Source of the DNA: Marsupella aquatica
Lineage: Eukaryota; Plantae; Marchantiophyta
Length of the DNA stretch: 64,000 bases
Direction: 5' to 3'
Assembly (NCBI GenBank): GCA_973895155.1
Contig: OZ316897.1
Location: 20,339,224 to 20,403,223, forward strand
Shown here in pieces: positions 1 through 13,132 of the stretch (position 1 is its first letter; every line of letters starts with the position of its first letter). The notes under the pieces are model-generated. The model was given only the letters and a program-made list of their open reading frames with translations. It searched no databases and was not told the origin of the DNA. The position numbers and the translations under genes are program-made.

Positions 1-2612
1 CCGTGAGTTCTCGTCCTTATGTAGAGAACTTGTCATCTCTCTAGTGATGCATAGGGCTGCTCAAATGATCGGAAGTTCTCGGCAATACTGCATGTGTAGA
101 GAGAGCATACAAATTATTTATCCTATCCCATTGATGGTTTCTAAGTTCAAGTTCTGGTGATAAATGAGACGATATTCAACCTCTTGAGGGCCATGGGGAT
201 GGGCAGAGATGTGTTGGCGGCCTGATGCGGCTGTGTTCTTGCCAAAAGTGCGGCCATTCCAAAGGATGCAATGGTTCAGGAAGAGGATCCGAAAGACGAG
301 AACTCATGACCTAAACTTCGGATTGCCAAACGCTCTTGGCCAGAATTACGAACGAAATCGATAGGACTTGATGATTCAACTTACAACAACTCTTGATCTT
401 CCTGTCGAACCGCTTGAATCCCTGGGCATGCAGGTTGTTTAAGTAGTGTCATTCAAAATGATGCCATAATCGGTACAATGGAACGAAATGCATCAAATTT
501 TCTCGACCAACTCTTGAGATGCCTCGCCGGATAAGTAAACGATTATGTTGCTTCACAATCTCTGAAGATCATCCCTCTTTTGCATGCCGCTCCTACTTCG
601 CCAAATATGGATCAGACGTACCGACAAAAGTGTTTGGCAGTGCCCCTGGCAGCCCGGGCTGTCAGCTGTGTTAGCCGCCTGGCGCCGACAGTTCCTGGAA
701 CTCAAGATAGATGCTTCATTATGTCGTTTTTACAAGAACCATTATTCGGTGGAAAGTCTAGGAGGGCATCTCAGGCACGAGGCATCATGTTGGGATTTTC
801 TCTTTCACAATGTTCTGCGTCCGGGGTGGGATTGTCGGCCGACTGTCTGCCCCAATAGGTGCATTATGTGCCCATTCCGGATACCAAGGAAAATCCTTAA
901 GAACAATTAGTAACTGAGCTCACGTCTTTTCTCTCGCTCTATACAATCACCCGGATTGCAAAAGCGGTGTTCACGAGCACCATCATTAAACAGTTTGGTG
1001 TACACTGAGAAATTCGAGTTGGCATCTAAGAATAGGTAAGAACAGGAGGCGGATGCAAAGAGGCTTGAGAGAGGGTTGAATGTGGCCTCGATCAATCGGT
1101 CAAGCCACATGAGATCGCCAGTTTGCCGTGGAGAATGTCTCAGTCAGCACTGCTCAGACTGTACTACTTTAATTTGCATGTTTGCTTTCACAAAGTCATC
1201 AGAGATCGTTCACAAAATTGCCCCTTAATGTAGCTGGCCTGGACAGCATGTACCTAGCGAAGACATGGATCATACTCTGCTTTTGTTCACAGTGGCTTGA
1301 AATGCAGACGAGTCGCTCGATCCCAACAGAAGACCAATTCTCTTCTGGAAGCAGAACTTCTCGCCTTCGACAGCACCTCATCTCACCTCTCACAATGTCT
1401 CCAGAGCAATATCCAAAGCCAGCGTTTACTTCCGTGTCCATCCGTCCGCTCCGAGGTCCGGTTCGGCTAGTGCAGTCGAGCTTCCTTGATCGCCTCAATC
1501 TTGATGAGACCAGAGCATTTCTTCGGAAACTTCTTGGCCACCGATATTCTAATTAAGTTACGGACTGTTTGAAATTAAGTTCGATGGGCCCCAATAGTCA
1601 GGCTCCCCCTCATCTCTGGAGTTCTTCTGCCTAGACAAGCTTCTCATCTTTCCTCCTGACAATCTCTGTCGATTACAGTGGGAATACATCCGAACTCCAC
1701 TGGATTGATTCGTGAAAAAGACGATGGCGTCCCTCCCCTTCCATCCTCTCCACACTGTCACTAAATGTTACTGTACTTCCTTGAATGAGGGATTTCCCAA
1801 GCGTGCTATCTTGACTGGTGGTGGTCCAGAATTCGCCCGTTCTGGAGCCCATCTTATTTCATTCATGCACGCCAACTGACTTGACTATGGGACTGACGAG
1901 ATCACATATTAGATCATGACTTGGGTGAGTAGAAATTCGAGAGACCAGCAAGTCACGAAAAGCACTGGAAGCTGCATTCTTCATATAACATGTCCAAGCT
2001 TGAAAGCTTTAGTGATATTTTATCATATTGTAGAAGCGAACAGATATGCATCTAATCAGGTTTATCCCATCGATCCCAGAGAGAAATACGTGAAGAAATT
2101 ACCTCAATCACGTAGTTTCAATAAGGTGAGAGCATTCAACTATCCGATCTAGGTGGAGAATGCATGTCAATTAAGAGCTGCTCTGTATCTTGACCGTCTC
2201 CCACAGCAATTAAATCTAGCCGAAGACATGCACATGCACGCTCTTGTGAATTGCTATGCCCCCACTGAACTGGACATGCATGTACCTGAGCTGCTTGCCC
2301 TGTTTTCCGGCAATCTCTATTTCTCTCGAAATGCATGATCTTCGTCCAGACTGGTCAGCACAATTCTCATTACAGTAGTAATTTTGTCACATACTACTTT
2401 TCTCCAAATTTTCTCCAAACTGAGGACACTTCTTCACATGGCTGTGAATGGCTTTCACTCGATCGGTCACAACGAGTCCTCAAAGTTTTCCCTATAGACT
2501 ATGATTACAAGTTTCTGAGAAGGCTTGAATCGTTGTCAAGCATTCGCAACAACATTCACGTCCTCAAAGTTTTCCCCACTTTTGCATGGACAAACCAAAA
2601 CAGCTGGGCAGG
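1..2612 (-). pseudogene. Possible decayed Roc-COR region downstream of the LRR ORF
   Basis: An alternative frame at 2556-2612 reads PAQLFWFVHAKVGKTLRT*, resembling a Roc G1/P-loop. Weaker fragments lie further down (NIGGQE ~1530, LRHSPRQTGDLMWL ~1120, PACPGIQAV ~425). There are many stops. Confidence 0.3.
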
Positions 2613-3787
2613 CGAGTACTACTCGTCGTCTTGACCTTCAACAGTGCGGTCTCCTTTCGGATTTCATCCTTCTGCCCATCCGCTGCGCGCCAATTGCGGT
2701 ACCTGAAACGATCTGCAGAGTCTCGAAGAAAGACATTGGGCCAGTCCAAATACGTGACCTCCACCGTGAGAGATTTGTTCCTTTGGTAGGCAGCCACAAA
2801 TGCTCTCGCACTAGTTAACGTCAAGTGAGTAGGCCCAAGACGAAGAACACGAAGGTTGGGGAGGTAGCGGTCTGCTTCCAGGAGCTTAGCAAGCTCCACC
2901 AAGACCTTATCCGACATGGTGTTGCGATCCAGATCAAGGATCTCCAAATACGCCATCCGGATCGATTTGAATGCTTTGATAAGTGCGAGAGCTCCGTCGT
3001 CTTCAATTCTATTCCCTGAAAGATTCAGCTCGACCAACGACGAGAAGAAGGATGAGTCTGCTATCGCTCTAACTCCCTTCGTCCCGATTCTCGACACAAA
3101 TTCGCTGCCCTGGAGATGGAGCCGCCTCAACCCCAGCACACCGCCCGCTTTGATCCCACTCATCAGCAGCCTCACTCCCTCATCTCCACGCACGACCCTG
3201 TACAAGCTCAGGTGCTCCAACACTGGCGTGTGCCCTGATGCCAAAGCTCGTGCCAGAGCCTCCAAAGACTCTCCTACCGCTGGACCTTCCCAAAACATGT
3301 CATCCTCTATCCTAAACGGGCCGATTGCCAGCCGTTTCAAAGATGTGAGACGACCAGATTCCAAAGCATGGGCTATGGCAGTCACACCCCTATCCTCGAT
3401 TGGGTTGCCCCACAAATCCAACGTCTGCAAGAATGGGACCTTCCCGGATCTCAGAGCTCTTCCCAGGGCCTTGGTACCCTTCACCCCCACCTCACCCTGC
3501 AAGTCGTTGTAATCATGGGACAAATCAATTACTCTCAAATTCGGAAGGTCTCCCGTCCATATTATCTGTGCTATCGTTTCCAGGTCGAAGCTGAAGCCCT
3601 TGAATTCTCCTTTGTGCCGATCAATCTCGGTGGTCGACTGCAATTGATCACGAATCTGAGGACTCTCTTTCAACACTTCCGATAGAACCTTCTCGTCCAG
3701 TAGCTCGGTGAGAATCCTCCCTTGTGCTTTCAGTTGATCCCACTCGCGAATGAACCGAGTGACGTCCGAGGTTGCCGTGAGATGCAT
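2564..3787 (-). CDS. Ribonuclease-inhibitor-type (RI-like) leucine-rich repeat protein, 407 aa; probably the truncated N-terminus of a TORNADO1/Roco-like gene
   Basis: Repeated RI-like LRR units (LQTLDLWGNPIEDRGVTAIAHAL, LVELNLSGNRIEDDGALALIKAF, LEILDLDRNTMSDKVLVELAKLL). The ORF ends abruptly next to an out-of-frame P-loop-like remnant. Confidence 0.7.
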   Translation of the reverse strand: MHLTATSDVTRFIREWDQLKAQGRILTELLDEKVLSEVLKESPQIRDQLQSTTEIDRHKGEFKGFSFDLETIAQIIWTGDLPNLRVIDLSHDYNDLQGEVGVKGTKALGRALRSGKVPFLQTLDLWGNPIEDRGVTAIAHALESGRLTSLKRLAIGPFRIEDDMFWEGPAVGESLEALARALASGHTPVLEHLSLYRVVRGDEGVRLLMSGIKAGGVLGLRRLHLQGSEFVSRIGTKGVRAIADSSFFSSLVELNLSGNRIEDDGALALIKAFKSIRMAYLEILDLDRNTMSDKVLVELAKLLEADRYLPNLRVLRLGPTHLTLTSARAFVAAYQRNKSLTVEVTYLDWPNVFLRDSADRFRYRNWRAADGQKDEIRKETALLKVKTTSSTRLPSCFGLSMQKWGKL

Positions 3788-6700
3788 CTTCGTATCCTGT
3801 CACTAGCTGCTTCCAACCTGATTGATATAGATCAGACGGTGGGTTGAAGACATTGAGCACCGCGTTACAAACACTCAGCGAGATTCCAGCTCGACCTGGG
3901 AACACCTGTGGTTCGTACGTAAATGACACGAAATGGTGACTAGTAACTACAGAGGAAATTAAATGAGCAGTGTTCACGTGATGAGAAGTACACAAACGCC
4001 ATGGTTGGAATTCCCAGAACGGCTCGTGAGAAACGAGCCAAGTACAGGATTTGATAATGAAGACGTAGCTGCGCGCTGAGCTGAGCTGGTCAAAGTGTAC
4101 GTGTTCTCGAAATTTAAACGTTAGAGCCGACCAGAAATGAAAGTATCGAAGAAAAACTTAGTCATAGAGGTATTAATCACAAATCTGGTACAGCGGAGTT
4201 TGTGGACGCTTGGGGATGGTCTTGGGATTTTGGAGAAAATAAGGTTCAACTACTACTTGCGCAACGAGTCTGGCCGGACAGAGCTAATGGATGTGTACCA
4301 GAGATGGCGATCGACTGATTCGGATTTTGTCTGGCCACTGACTACATTCAGACCTCCCGTGATGATGAATGGGTTTGCTTGTTCACTGTTGTGAGCCAAG
4401 GGGTACCGCGTTGAAGAATGAATGGTAGAGCGTCTGGTCGAAAGACGCGCAAAAGATCTAATTATTGGTACCTCAGGAAGCACATGTCTACAGTTCTGTT
4501 CCTTGCTCGCAGCTCTCCGTTCGAAAGAGAAATGAAGTGTCTGGAGATTGCATTGCAGAAGTGCGCTGCAGTATGATCAAGAGATGAACTCCAACGTTGG
4601 AGCTAGTGCACCGATGAAACTTCCAGCTCAGACATTAAGACACAACAAATTCAGGACCGGAATCTAAAATCCATCCAGCCGGGGCATGGGACCGACCAGA
4701 GAGGAAATATGTCAAAGACTAACTTCCAAGACCTGTAGCAGAAACATGCAGGTTAGGAGCTAACATAAGGAGACTCGCCAGAAAGTGATTCACCGAAGCG
4801 AACGGTATGCATGTAGCGCAAGTTGACATTCTTGTTCAAGGTCAAATCAATGCGCAGTTGACGGAGGCCCCCTAGGGTCGGTGATCATGTTTCCTCTCGA
4901 CGCGCGCAGAAGTTAGTCAGCCAGCCGGCAAGGGCCCGCCCTCAAATCCTCAAATGTGCAGAATGATCAAGCGCAATGGACTGGACCTCCGGAAGCGAAA
5001 ACAGTGTGGGACAAGATGCTATCACGAATTCCACTGTACTCAACTACCTCGCGTCAGATCTGGTACCTATTTTCCATCGAATGTACGAGATGAACATGTG
5101 CAAATCCCTCGCCCAGGTTCTTCTTATCAGGACTGTATTCAAGGGACTTGAGGGACATATGTAGAGAAGAAGTATGTCATGTTGTCATAATACCGGAAAC
5201 GTAGGGAACTGAGAAAAATGAGATAAACAATTCCGTCATCTATTCTCGACTCCTCAACCTTCTTAGATTCAAAAACCCATTCCAATCGATTCCATTCCAT
5301 TGCGCCGGCAATACATCATATTCAATTTTAAGTGAACACCGTAGTTTCTTGAAGCAAACTTTTCTTGAAGCAAACTTGTTCATTAGAGTAGACCATAGTG
5401 ACAAATTGATGGCAGGGTACTTCCTCAATACGATTGTCCATTGTGAAACGCATGTACAATACCACACAATGACGTCCGTGCGAGGCTCCAGGTGCAGCGC
5501 ACTGATGACGAGGCGAGGGTACCACCTTGTGCGGTTCATGAGACTGTACATGAACATGTTTCCTCAGTTTCCAGTTCTTGTGGCCTTGAAATCAGTGAAT
5601 GTCTGTGCAGCAAATACTCAAACATACAGTGGTTGGGGCCCAGGAAGCCCCAAGAATGAGGAATCCTCGCTCGGCATGGCGAATCGTGCCATGGAAGGAA
5701 GAGAGTGGTACAACAATGCTATAATTTTACATATGATGGGAATACTTACAGTACTAATGTAGCCGAACAGTGATGAGTGCCATTTTTACGCAGATTTTCC
5801 CATTTCTACGCAAGAACTTTGCTCGCAATACACGAATTTCAGAGGCTAAAAGAGATCTGGAGGATCAAGAATTAATCACGATCAGGGCTCACGATGGAGC
5901 TGCTTACCCAATTCGAATTGTGTTGTCTCGAAATCTCTCAGATAGAGATATGATTCACGGTACAGGACTCCAAACCGACACATTGAAGGTACTTTGATTT
6001 CGTTTTTCACGTAATGTGGATGTGGAGTACAGTACTCAACGCCATAATTTACTTTTGTTTGAGTTGAATGGATTGTTTGAGAAGTCCAAATATTTATGTT
6101 TGAGAAGTCCTAATTGCAATGAGTAAGCTATATCATTGATCCTCATGATACGGTGTAGGGTTACTCATCTTCTCGGGTTATGCTTGGTAACTCCCCAGGG
6201 TGGTCAGTCCGAGGGGGTTATAGCTGACAAGGGGATGTATTATAGAGCTTACACTCTGCTAGCAAATATTAAAATAAAAAATGTTTGAATGGAAGGAGTC
6301 ACGGCAGTGATTTGCACCAGTAACACAGAGATTTAAATCAGAGACTTGCCCACCAGGCTAGTGAGGGGGTTATGGCCTATAACCTTGGAGAACAACAAAG
6401 GAAGATTCACAAGGAGCATTTAGGATAAGTAGATGGAAGGTGAACATAAGAAGGGGGCTTGATCAGCTTTTCAACATTGCCATTTCTAGTACAGTGCTGC
6501 AAGAGGACTTGTCTTGACTTTGAATAGGGGTGGTCCAAAGGTGACATTTAGAGACCAACCTATTGTGACACCTGTGAGATGGAGCTTGTCCTCATAAAAA
6601 ATGCCGCAATGGCAAATTGTCAATTTGTCCTTAAATTAGTAAACTGGTATCTCTTCAATTTTTACTGGAGCAATCCAAAAGCCCCAGAGCCAGGAGTCGA

Positions 6701-7958
6701 GCCCCAAAACTTAAGGGACAAAGAACAAGCATAAGATTATTTAAAGTGGACATAATTTACAAAAAATGGGCCAAACAAAGTACAATGAAGGAAAGCAAAA
6801 AGAGGTCCAAAGGGAACAAAGGGCAAACACTAAAGAAGAGGCAAAAACCCTGAAAAGCCAGAAAGAGGGAAAAAACTTGAGTAGGCAGTGTGATCGGCTA
6901 ATGGTCCACATCTAATGCAAAAGTATCATGAGCTAAGGATATTCATCTATTATAGTAACTAAGACTGAAAGTGGGACAGGCATTTTCTCTAGGTGGACAA
7001 GCTTTTGTGGAGACACAGTACTAGTAACCACAGCTAGAGAGATGTACAATAGATCACTCAAGCTTGGCACGTTGGAATGTCACTGAAATTTGTTGACAAA
7101 AGTGGGTGGTCAAAACAGATATTAGATGGAACCCACCCGTCCCTGAATGTCTCCAGCTGCCTTTCAAAGAAGCTCATCAAAGTGATGATGGAGTACGTCT
7201 AAGCATATCAATTGCCAGGGCGGTGATGCTATGTGATGAAGTCAATGCAACATATTTTGCCTTTTTCATCGTTATTGTTCTCTGTGCCACTAAATCTCAG
7301 ATGTTTCTCTCAGATGAACATGAGAAGTGATAGACTTGACTAATAACTGACAATATTTTGCTCCTGTTTGTGATCTTTGGAGTTAGGAACTAGACAGTCA
7401 AAATATTCTGTAATTGATTGGCGAAGTTATAAGTTACAACAATTCATACACAACCATTTAACTTAGTTCTCACATTTTGGGGTCCTAAGATGTGAGGTTA
7501 CATCTCTCCACTCATACCACCAGAACTTCACCCCAAGATACACCAAGAGTCAGAGCAATCTCAATCCTCTATGACAGCTCTCGCCAATCTGTCCTCCAAC
7601 ATTATCTACATACTGTACTTCAGTCGTCTATGGCAGCTTATGAGACCCCACTCCTCAGCAACATATATATATAAGTGATACTTCATTCCTCGGTAGCAGC
7701 GCATGAAACCTTACAACGTACATGACCCCCATATTCCATGTGTCCTTGGCCAAGATCCTCCACAACAATAAAGTTGCTGAGACATGAGGAGCCAACCCCC
7801 ACTCTGTCACTCCTTTTGGGATCATTATAGAGCCCTCTTTGTTCCTTGGAGCAAGACATCATGGAATGGCACCTTAAGTAGACAAGTAGGTGGTCTATGA
7901 GAACCCATGGAACTTCACATACTAGACAATTGTGGGTGCCTACTAGTAACAGAAAGAA

Positions 7959-10900
7959 TTACCACCCATACTTTTGGTAGTCGTTTTGACTGTCACAAGT
8001 GTGTTCTTCTAGTGAAGGAACTTGTGTTGACCCCCACAAATCATTGGGGTCAGGGACCCAAAGTGGAGGCTGGAGTGCCTCTTTAGCCCTCCGCTTAGCA
8101 ATCACAGCATCCAATTTTCTCTCAAAGTCCACAATACCCTGCTTTGCTTCTGAGGCAGCAGCAGCATTCTCGGGGGCAACGGATGGTGTTACAATGTTCC
8201 ATAGTTCCTCGTGCGGCACCCACCCTGGCCTGTTCCTCAGATGCTTCAATAGTCCTCTCTTCACTGAGTCCAGATTCTTCAAATATCTGTCCAATGATCC
8301 AATCCACCCCCATAAGTGCAAAACTTGGATTCAAGCAAAATTGCATTATTTAGATTCAATACTTTTCTGTAGTAGTTGACTGTGGTCACTAAGGTAGGCC
8401 TTGCACATCTACTCTGACTATAATTCTATGACCACATGCCTAGACTGGGACACTCATAATTGTAGGAACATTATGAAAGAGGTATCTTAGATAATCAGCC
8501 ACAAATAATCCTAGGAAAGTTTTCAGGTAAGCTTTTATCATCTAGAGGGTTTCTAAGGAACTTCATGAATACTTTAGGCTATTTTAACGCCTTTATCCCC
8601 TACTTTCCACACTATACTTGTTGAGAATGAGATGTGTTGCTATATAAAGCTGGCATAATTCAACTTAAAATTCACAAATCTTTTAAAGGATCTATCAATT
8701 TTTGGACTAATATATGAAGTTATGTGAAGTCAGCTGCCACTAGTGGTGGTTCATGAAAGTCATCTTTAATTTGGCATCTACTTGATCAATGAAATCCTTG
8801 CTCATCCCAGATGTTTCCATCAGAGTACAATTTGTTGGAAATGTAGCTAGCTAAGGCTTCTCTACTTTGGGGTTTAGGGTACATTCAGTCAATTGAAATG
8901 AAACCTCTACCCAGGTTGTCAGGAATTAGACTGACAGTCATGGAATCATATAAAGTGCAGAACACCTTGTAACCACATTTATACTTTGGATATAATCACA
9001 TCATATGTAACTACAAGTCAGCCAATGTTATGAAACTTGGGGAGTTCATAACATGGGCGTTAGGTACTTATCGCATGAACACAATAAGAAAAATGACAAC
9101 GGGGGTGAGCACACCCCCCGCGCCGCCCCCTCCTCTTACTTCATTGGACACTCTGGTAGAGTTCAGTGTTGTGATCAACAGTGATGACACATTTAAATAA
9201 TAAAACATTCAAATCAAACCTTCTTGAAAACCTAGAATAACACATGCAAATGATACAAGATTAACACGTACTCTTATATTAAGCAAATTATTATTTTTGC
9301 CTCAACCTATCCTTATTTCTTTAAATCCGGCCATTATCTACTTTATAACCCTTCCAGTGCTATTGTTCTTTAGAGTTGGCCAATGAATAAAACATGCTCT
9401 ATTTGTTTTTCCACAAGTCTTTGGAAGTATTCCACCACCTATTTAAATGGGCCTATATTAATTGCACGTGATGTGTCACTTATGCAGAAGTGACTCCCTC
9501 TCCCTGAGAGCAATAGGAGACGGAATGCTTACTTAGGACAAAGAAAATTCCTTGTTGAATTCAGTAAACTATGAGAAATTGAACAATGATTTCATCAAAT
9601 GAATTAGAAGTGTGAGGAAAGGTTTACAATTTTGTGCTTGAAGTTTTCCTAAGAGGTTGAGTGGAAAACAAACTTACTGGTCCAATTTGTACAAGTTTGT
9701 GTACTCTGGATGGAAAACATTTGGGTCCTTGTTGATACCAATGGGGATGAGATGGCCCCTTTTCCCAATTTGTTGTGGGTCAAATTGTGGCATATCTCTA
9801 GCTCGTGGGGGCTCATCATGAATGGTAGTCATCCCAACTAACTTCATTACTGTTTTCTCAGCTTTGATCCAAAGTTCCCTTTGTTCCTTTTCATGTCTGG
9901 CCAGGTCACGGAATGATTGTCGCCTTTTCTCTACTTCATCAACTCTTTTCAAGATTTTGTCAACATGTTCCTTTTGCTCCATCCTCTTCCGCCATGCATC
10001 TGTGCTTGCAATTGCCTCAACATGGTGTGCCAAAGCTTTTCTGCAACCTCTCGAATCAAATAACTACTCAAAATGTGAGAAATGGCATATGAAGCCAATG
10101 TCAAAAGATAACATGTTTTTAATGTTTAAGTTGCTTTTGCAAACATTCTTCACAAGAAACTAAAGAAAAAGCTTGAAAATGTTGTTGAATGCAATTAATT
10201 GGACAAAAAGTTGTTAGGTGTAAAAACTTAGAGAATAGTTATAGACATACCTCATGTTCAATCACATCAATTACTAAATATTCCATTAGGCAAATAAAAT
10301 GTGTAGGTCACCAGCTGTCTATGCTAACAAACATCCTGGAACAAGAGAACTGAAAGTAACTTTTCTTATATATCCCATCTTCAATTGACTACCTGCCTGG
10401 TTCATAGTGCATTTTGTAATAATCGTGGTCATCAGGCCGAGCCCCACGATAGGTTTTATTGAAGTCCCGTCGATGGCCACCACGGTGCCAAATCTTTCGA
10501 AAGCTCTCGTACCATCTCTTGGGAGTCCTTTGCTCATCCAAAACACGGACTGCATAGATGCCTGAAATCATCTCTATCGCCTGACCATGTCGGCCATCTC
10601 CGGGTGGTACAGGCCCACAGATCCACTCGGGCTGGATGCTTCCCACCATGGTGATGGTCTTAACGAATAATCTGGAGGCTGGTCTTTTTAGATTTCCACA
10701 CAAAAATAAAGATGAGGTAGGGGTGATCTCATAATGCAACAATTGATTTTGAGAGTGTTAAAAGTGGGTACTTAGTAGGTAAGATTCAACTTTCTAATGT
10801 TACCCTTGGTTTGAAGATTCTCCTTTAATTTGGAATAAGTTGGTCTGCATTTGCACAATTGTTTTGGGGTCATATCCCTACATTCTCCCATGAGGCAAGC

Positions 10901-11959
10901 AGAGTAGGAGACCTATTGTAACCCAAGCTTATAGCTTTCAATTTTTTCATAGTTTAGGACTAGGCATTTTAAACTTTGATTTGAATTGGAGAGTGCATGT
11001 CAGTGACAAATGCTTCGAGAGGCTGAAACTCATAAGGGGTTTATAAAGGAATTTCCAATGCCGCCGGTAGAATGATCACCAACGTTTTTATGAAGGAACT
11101 TGTAAACTGCTGCAATACTCTGTCTTGATAGTTTGTTATGGTTCAAACTAGATGGAGAAAATGAGGAAACTACTTTGCTTTTGTGAACCATCTCATTCAA
11201 TATAGTTGCTTTTGGTGGCTGGAATTTCAAGTATCAATTGATTGCTCTTGAGATATTGAACAAGCTTGAGACAACAACTGATTTCAAACCATTGTTTTAA
11301 TTACTGTATGCTACATTTGTGAGCTTGATGTCTTTTAAGATATCTTATAGATGATGTGATACAAATGACTAGATTAATACTTACTTTGATGTCGCTCTAT
11401 GACTGCTACTGATCAAACCTAGGTTTTAAAAATTTTAAACCTTTGCTGAAAGGTTTTTTGAAAGGGATTGGAAGCAGCTTCATGAAGAGACACTACTTCC
11501 CTCAAACCCACTCCTTTATAACAAACACTATGTCAGACCCAGCTACATACTGCACTTCTCCAGAGCAGTATGTAAGTTCATAGAGCTTGCTTAGCAGTCC
11601 AGGCCCTTTCCCTAACCAGCCTAATTATACATTGTGAGGCTGCCTTGACTGCCCTTCATGGACTACATCCACCCACAACCATATTATAATCAGGTTCCAC
11701 TCTCCCTAGAAAATGCTGAGAGGATTATTTGCAGTTTAATAGAGACCATTGCTCTATGCTTTGTTACCCATTCTGCATTTTGGCACATGGCCCATCTGGT
11801 ATGGTGGGCAATTTCCAGAATTCTTTCTGCCATAAGATTTTGAGTTGGACTGTCTAGTTCTTTTTCCTTTTGCCAATGTCTCTCACAGTGTATTAAAGCA
11901 CACGGGTGTTTGTCCACTGTAGTATTTTGGATTCTCTGAGCATCTGACTTATTTGCCAT
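7959..11959 (-). CDS. Multi-exon gene of unknown function with a charged, partly coiled-coil product. Supported exons: ~10690-10393, 10040-9678, 8286-7959. The 5' exon 11959-11768 is tentative.
   Basis: Protein-like minus-strand ORFs join at phase-consistent GT-AG junctions (EPGR|KALAHH and KLDQ|YLKNLD, both phase 2). No family recognised. Confidence 0.55.
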
Positions 11960-13132
11960 GGTTAAGACAAGAATTCACAAGGAAATTGCCTCTATCATTG
12001 CTATTGGAGAGAGTTTTCTTCATTTGTGTCTTGGCCTCTATTGTCACACTCGATTTGCACTATCCAACTCGGAGTTGGGGGGGGGGGGGGGGGTTGTCCA
12101 GAGTGTAGAGGCCAATGCATCTCGGTCAAATGTGACCCCTTAATTTAGCTTTAAATAAAGTTGTATGACACCAATCTAGTGGTGGGATGTACCATTTTTT
12201 AAATTATAATAGATTTTCCTTCCACTCAGTTTTTTCAAAGTCTTTTCTCAAACTGATTAATAAAACCCAAATACTTTGTTGCTCCTGATGGGTCACTTCC
12301 ATGGAAGTGTATTGCCCAAGCTACCCTATCATCTATCTCCACATCAATTTGCACTTGGGGTTAGGATATGAGATAATCCTTTGGGAGATCCTCTCACTAT
12401 TGCACACTCAAGTGCGCAGTTGGATGACACTCACATGATTGATCAGGTTATTTTAGTAATTCCTAGCCACCCATCGAGCACGATTGGTGCTCCTATATTT
12501 ACAGATTCACTCCGTGAAAAACCATCCGTACAACCTTTCAAGTTTACCCTCAAATTTAGACCCCTAAACCCTGTTGGGGTTCGCTGGCTGGGGTGAAAAG
12601 AATGAACTTAGATCTTCAAGTTAGGATTGCTGCCCGCTCAAGCTTTGCTAACAGGCCTAGAAACATGTCGCTTCGTTGTTTTGAATTGTTGGCTGGCCCA
12701 TGCTTTTGTGATGCCCCATCTCCTCCTGCTGCTGCTTCCACTGATTCCCTGCCATTGGAGCTCTGCTGAGAGCTCACTCGTTCACAACCACCTCCTGTTT
12801 CACCACCCTGCCCTATGTCCCCATCCCAACCACCTGATTTGCTGCGTCCAAGCCCAGGCAGTCTGCTCACCCACCCATCCAGTTTTGTGCATGCTGTGTC
12901 CTCAGCTCGTTGAGCTCTGGTTGCCGGCCAATCAGGTTCAGATCTCAATATTAAATCAATAATGCTTGTATGTACGTGTAACTTACAAATGCTTGGCACG
13001 GTTACAGGACCTCCTTCTAGCTAGATCTAAGACAAAGAATTACATGGCTACGGAAAATAGCTCTTAGCCTGAGTTAGATTTGATACATAATTGGCACTTC
13101 ACTGGAAGAATGAACGAGAGTTACAGAAATAC

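Noticed and set aside
4700-5700. Possible small spliced gene on the minus strand (MARFAMPSEDSSFLGLPGPQP...)
   Set aside because: Could not build a consistent multi-exon frame or recognise a domain.
12077-12093. Poly-G run (G-quadruplex candidate) upstream of the orphan gene
   Set aside because: Simple homopolymer of uncertain length with no supporting context.
12616-12999. Overlapping 127-aa and 111-aa ORFs
   Set aside because: Low-complexity composition with no motif or splice support.
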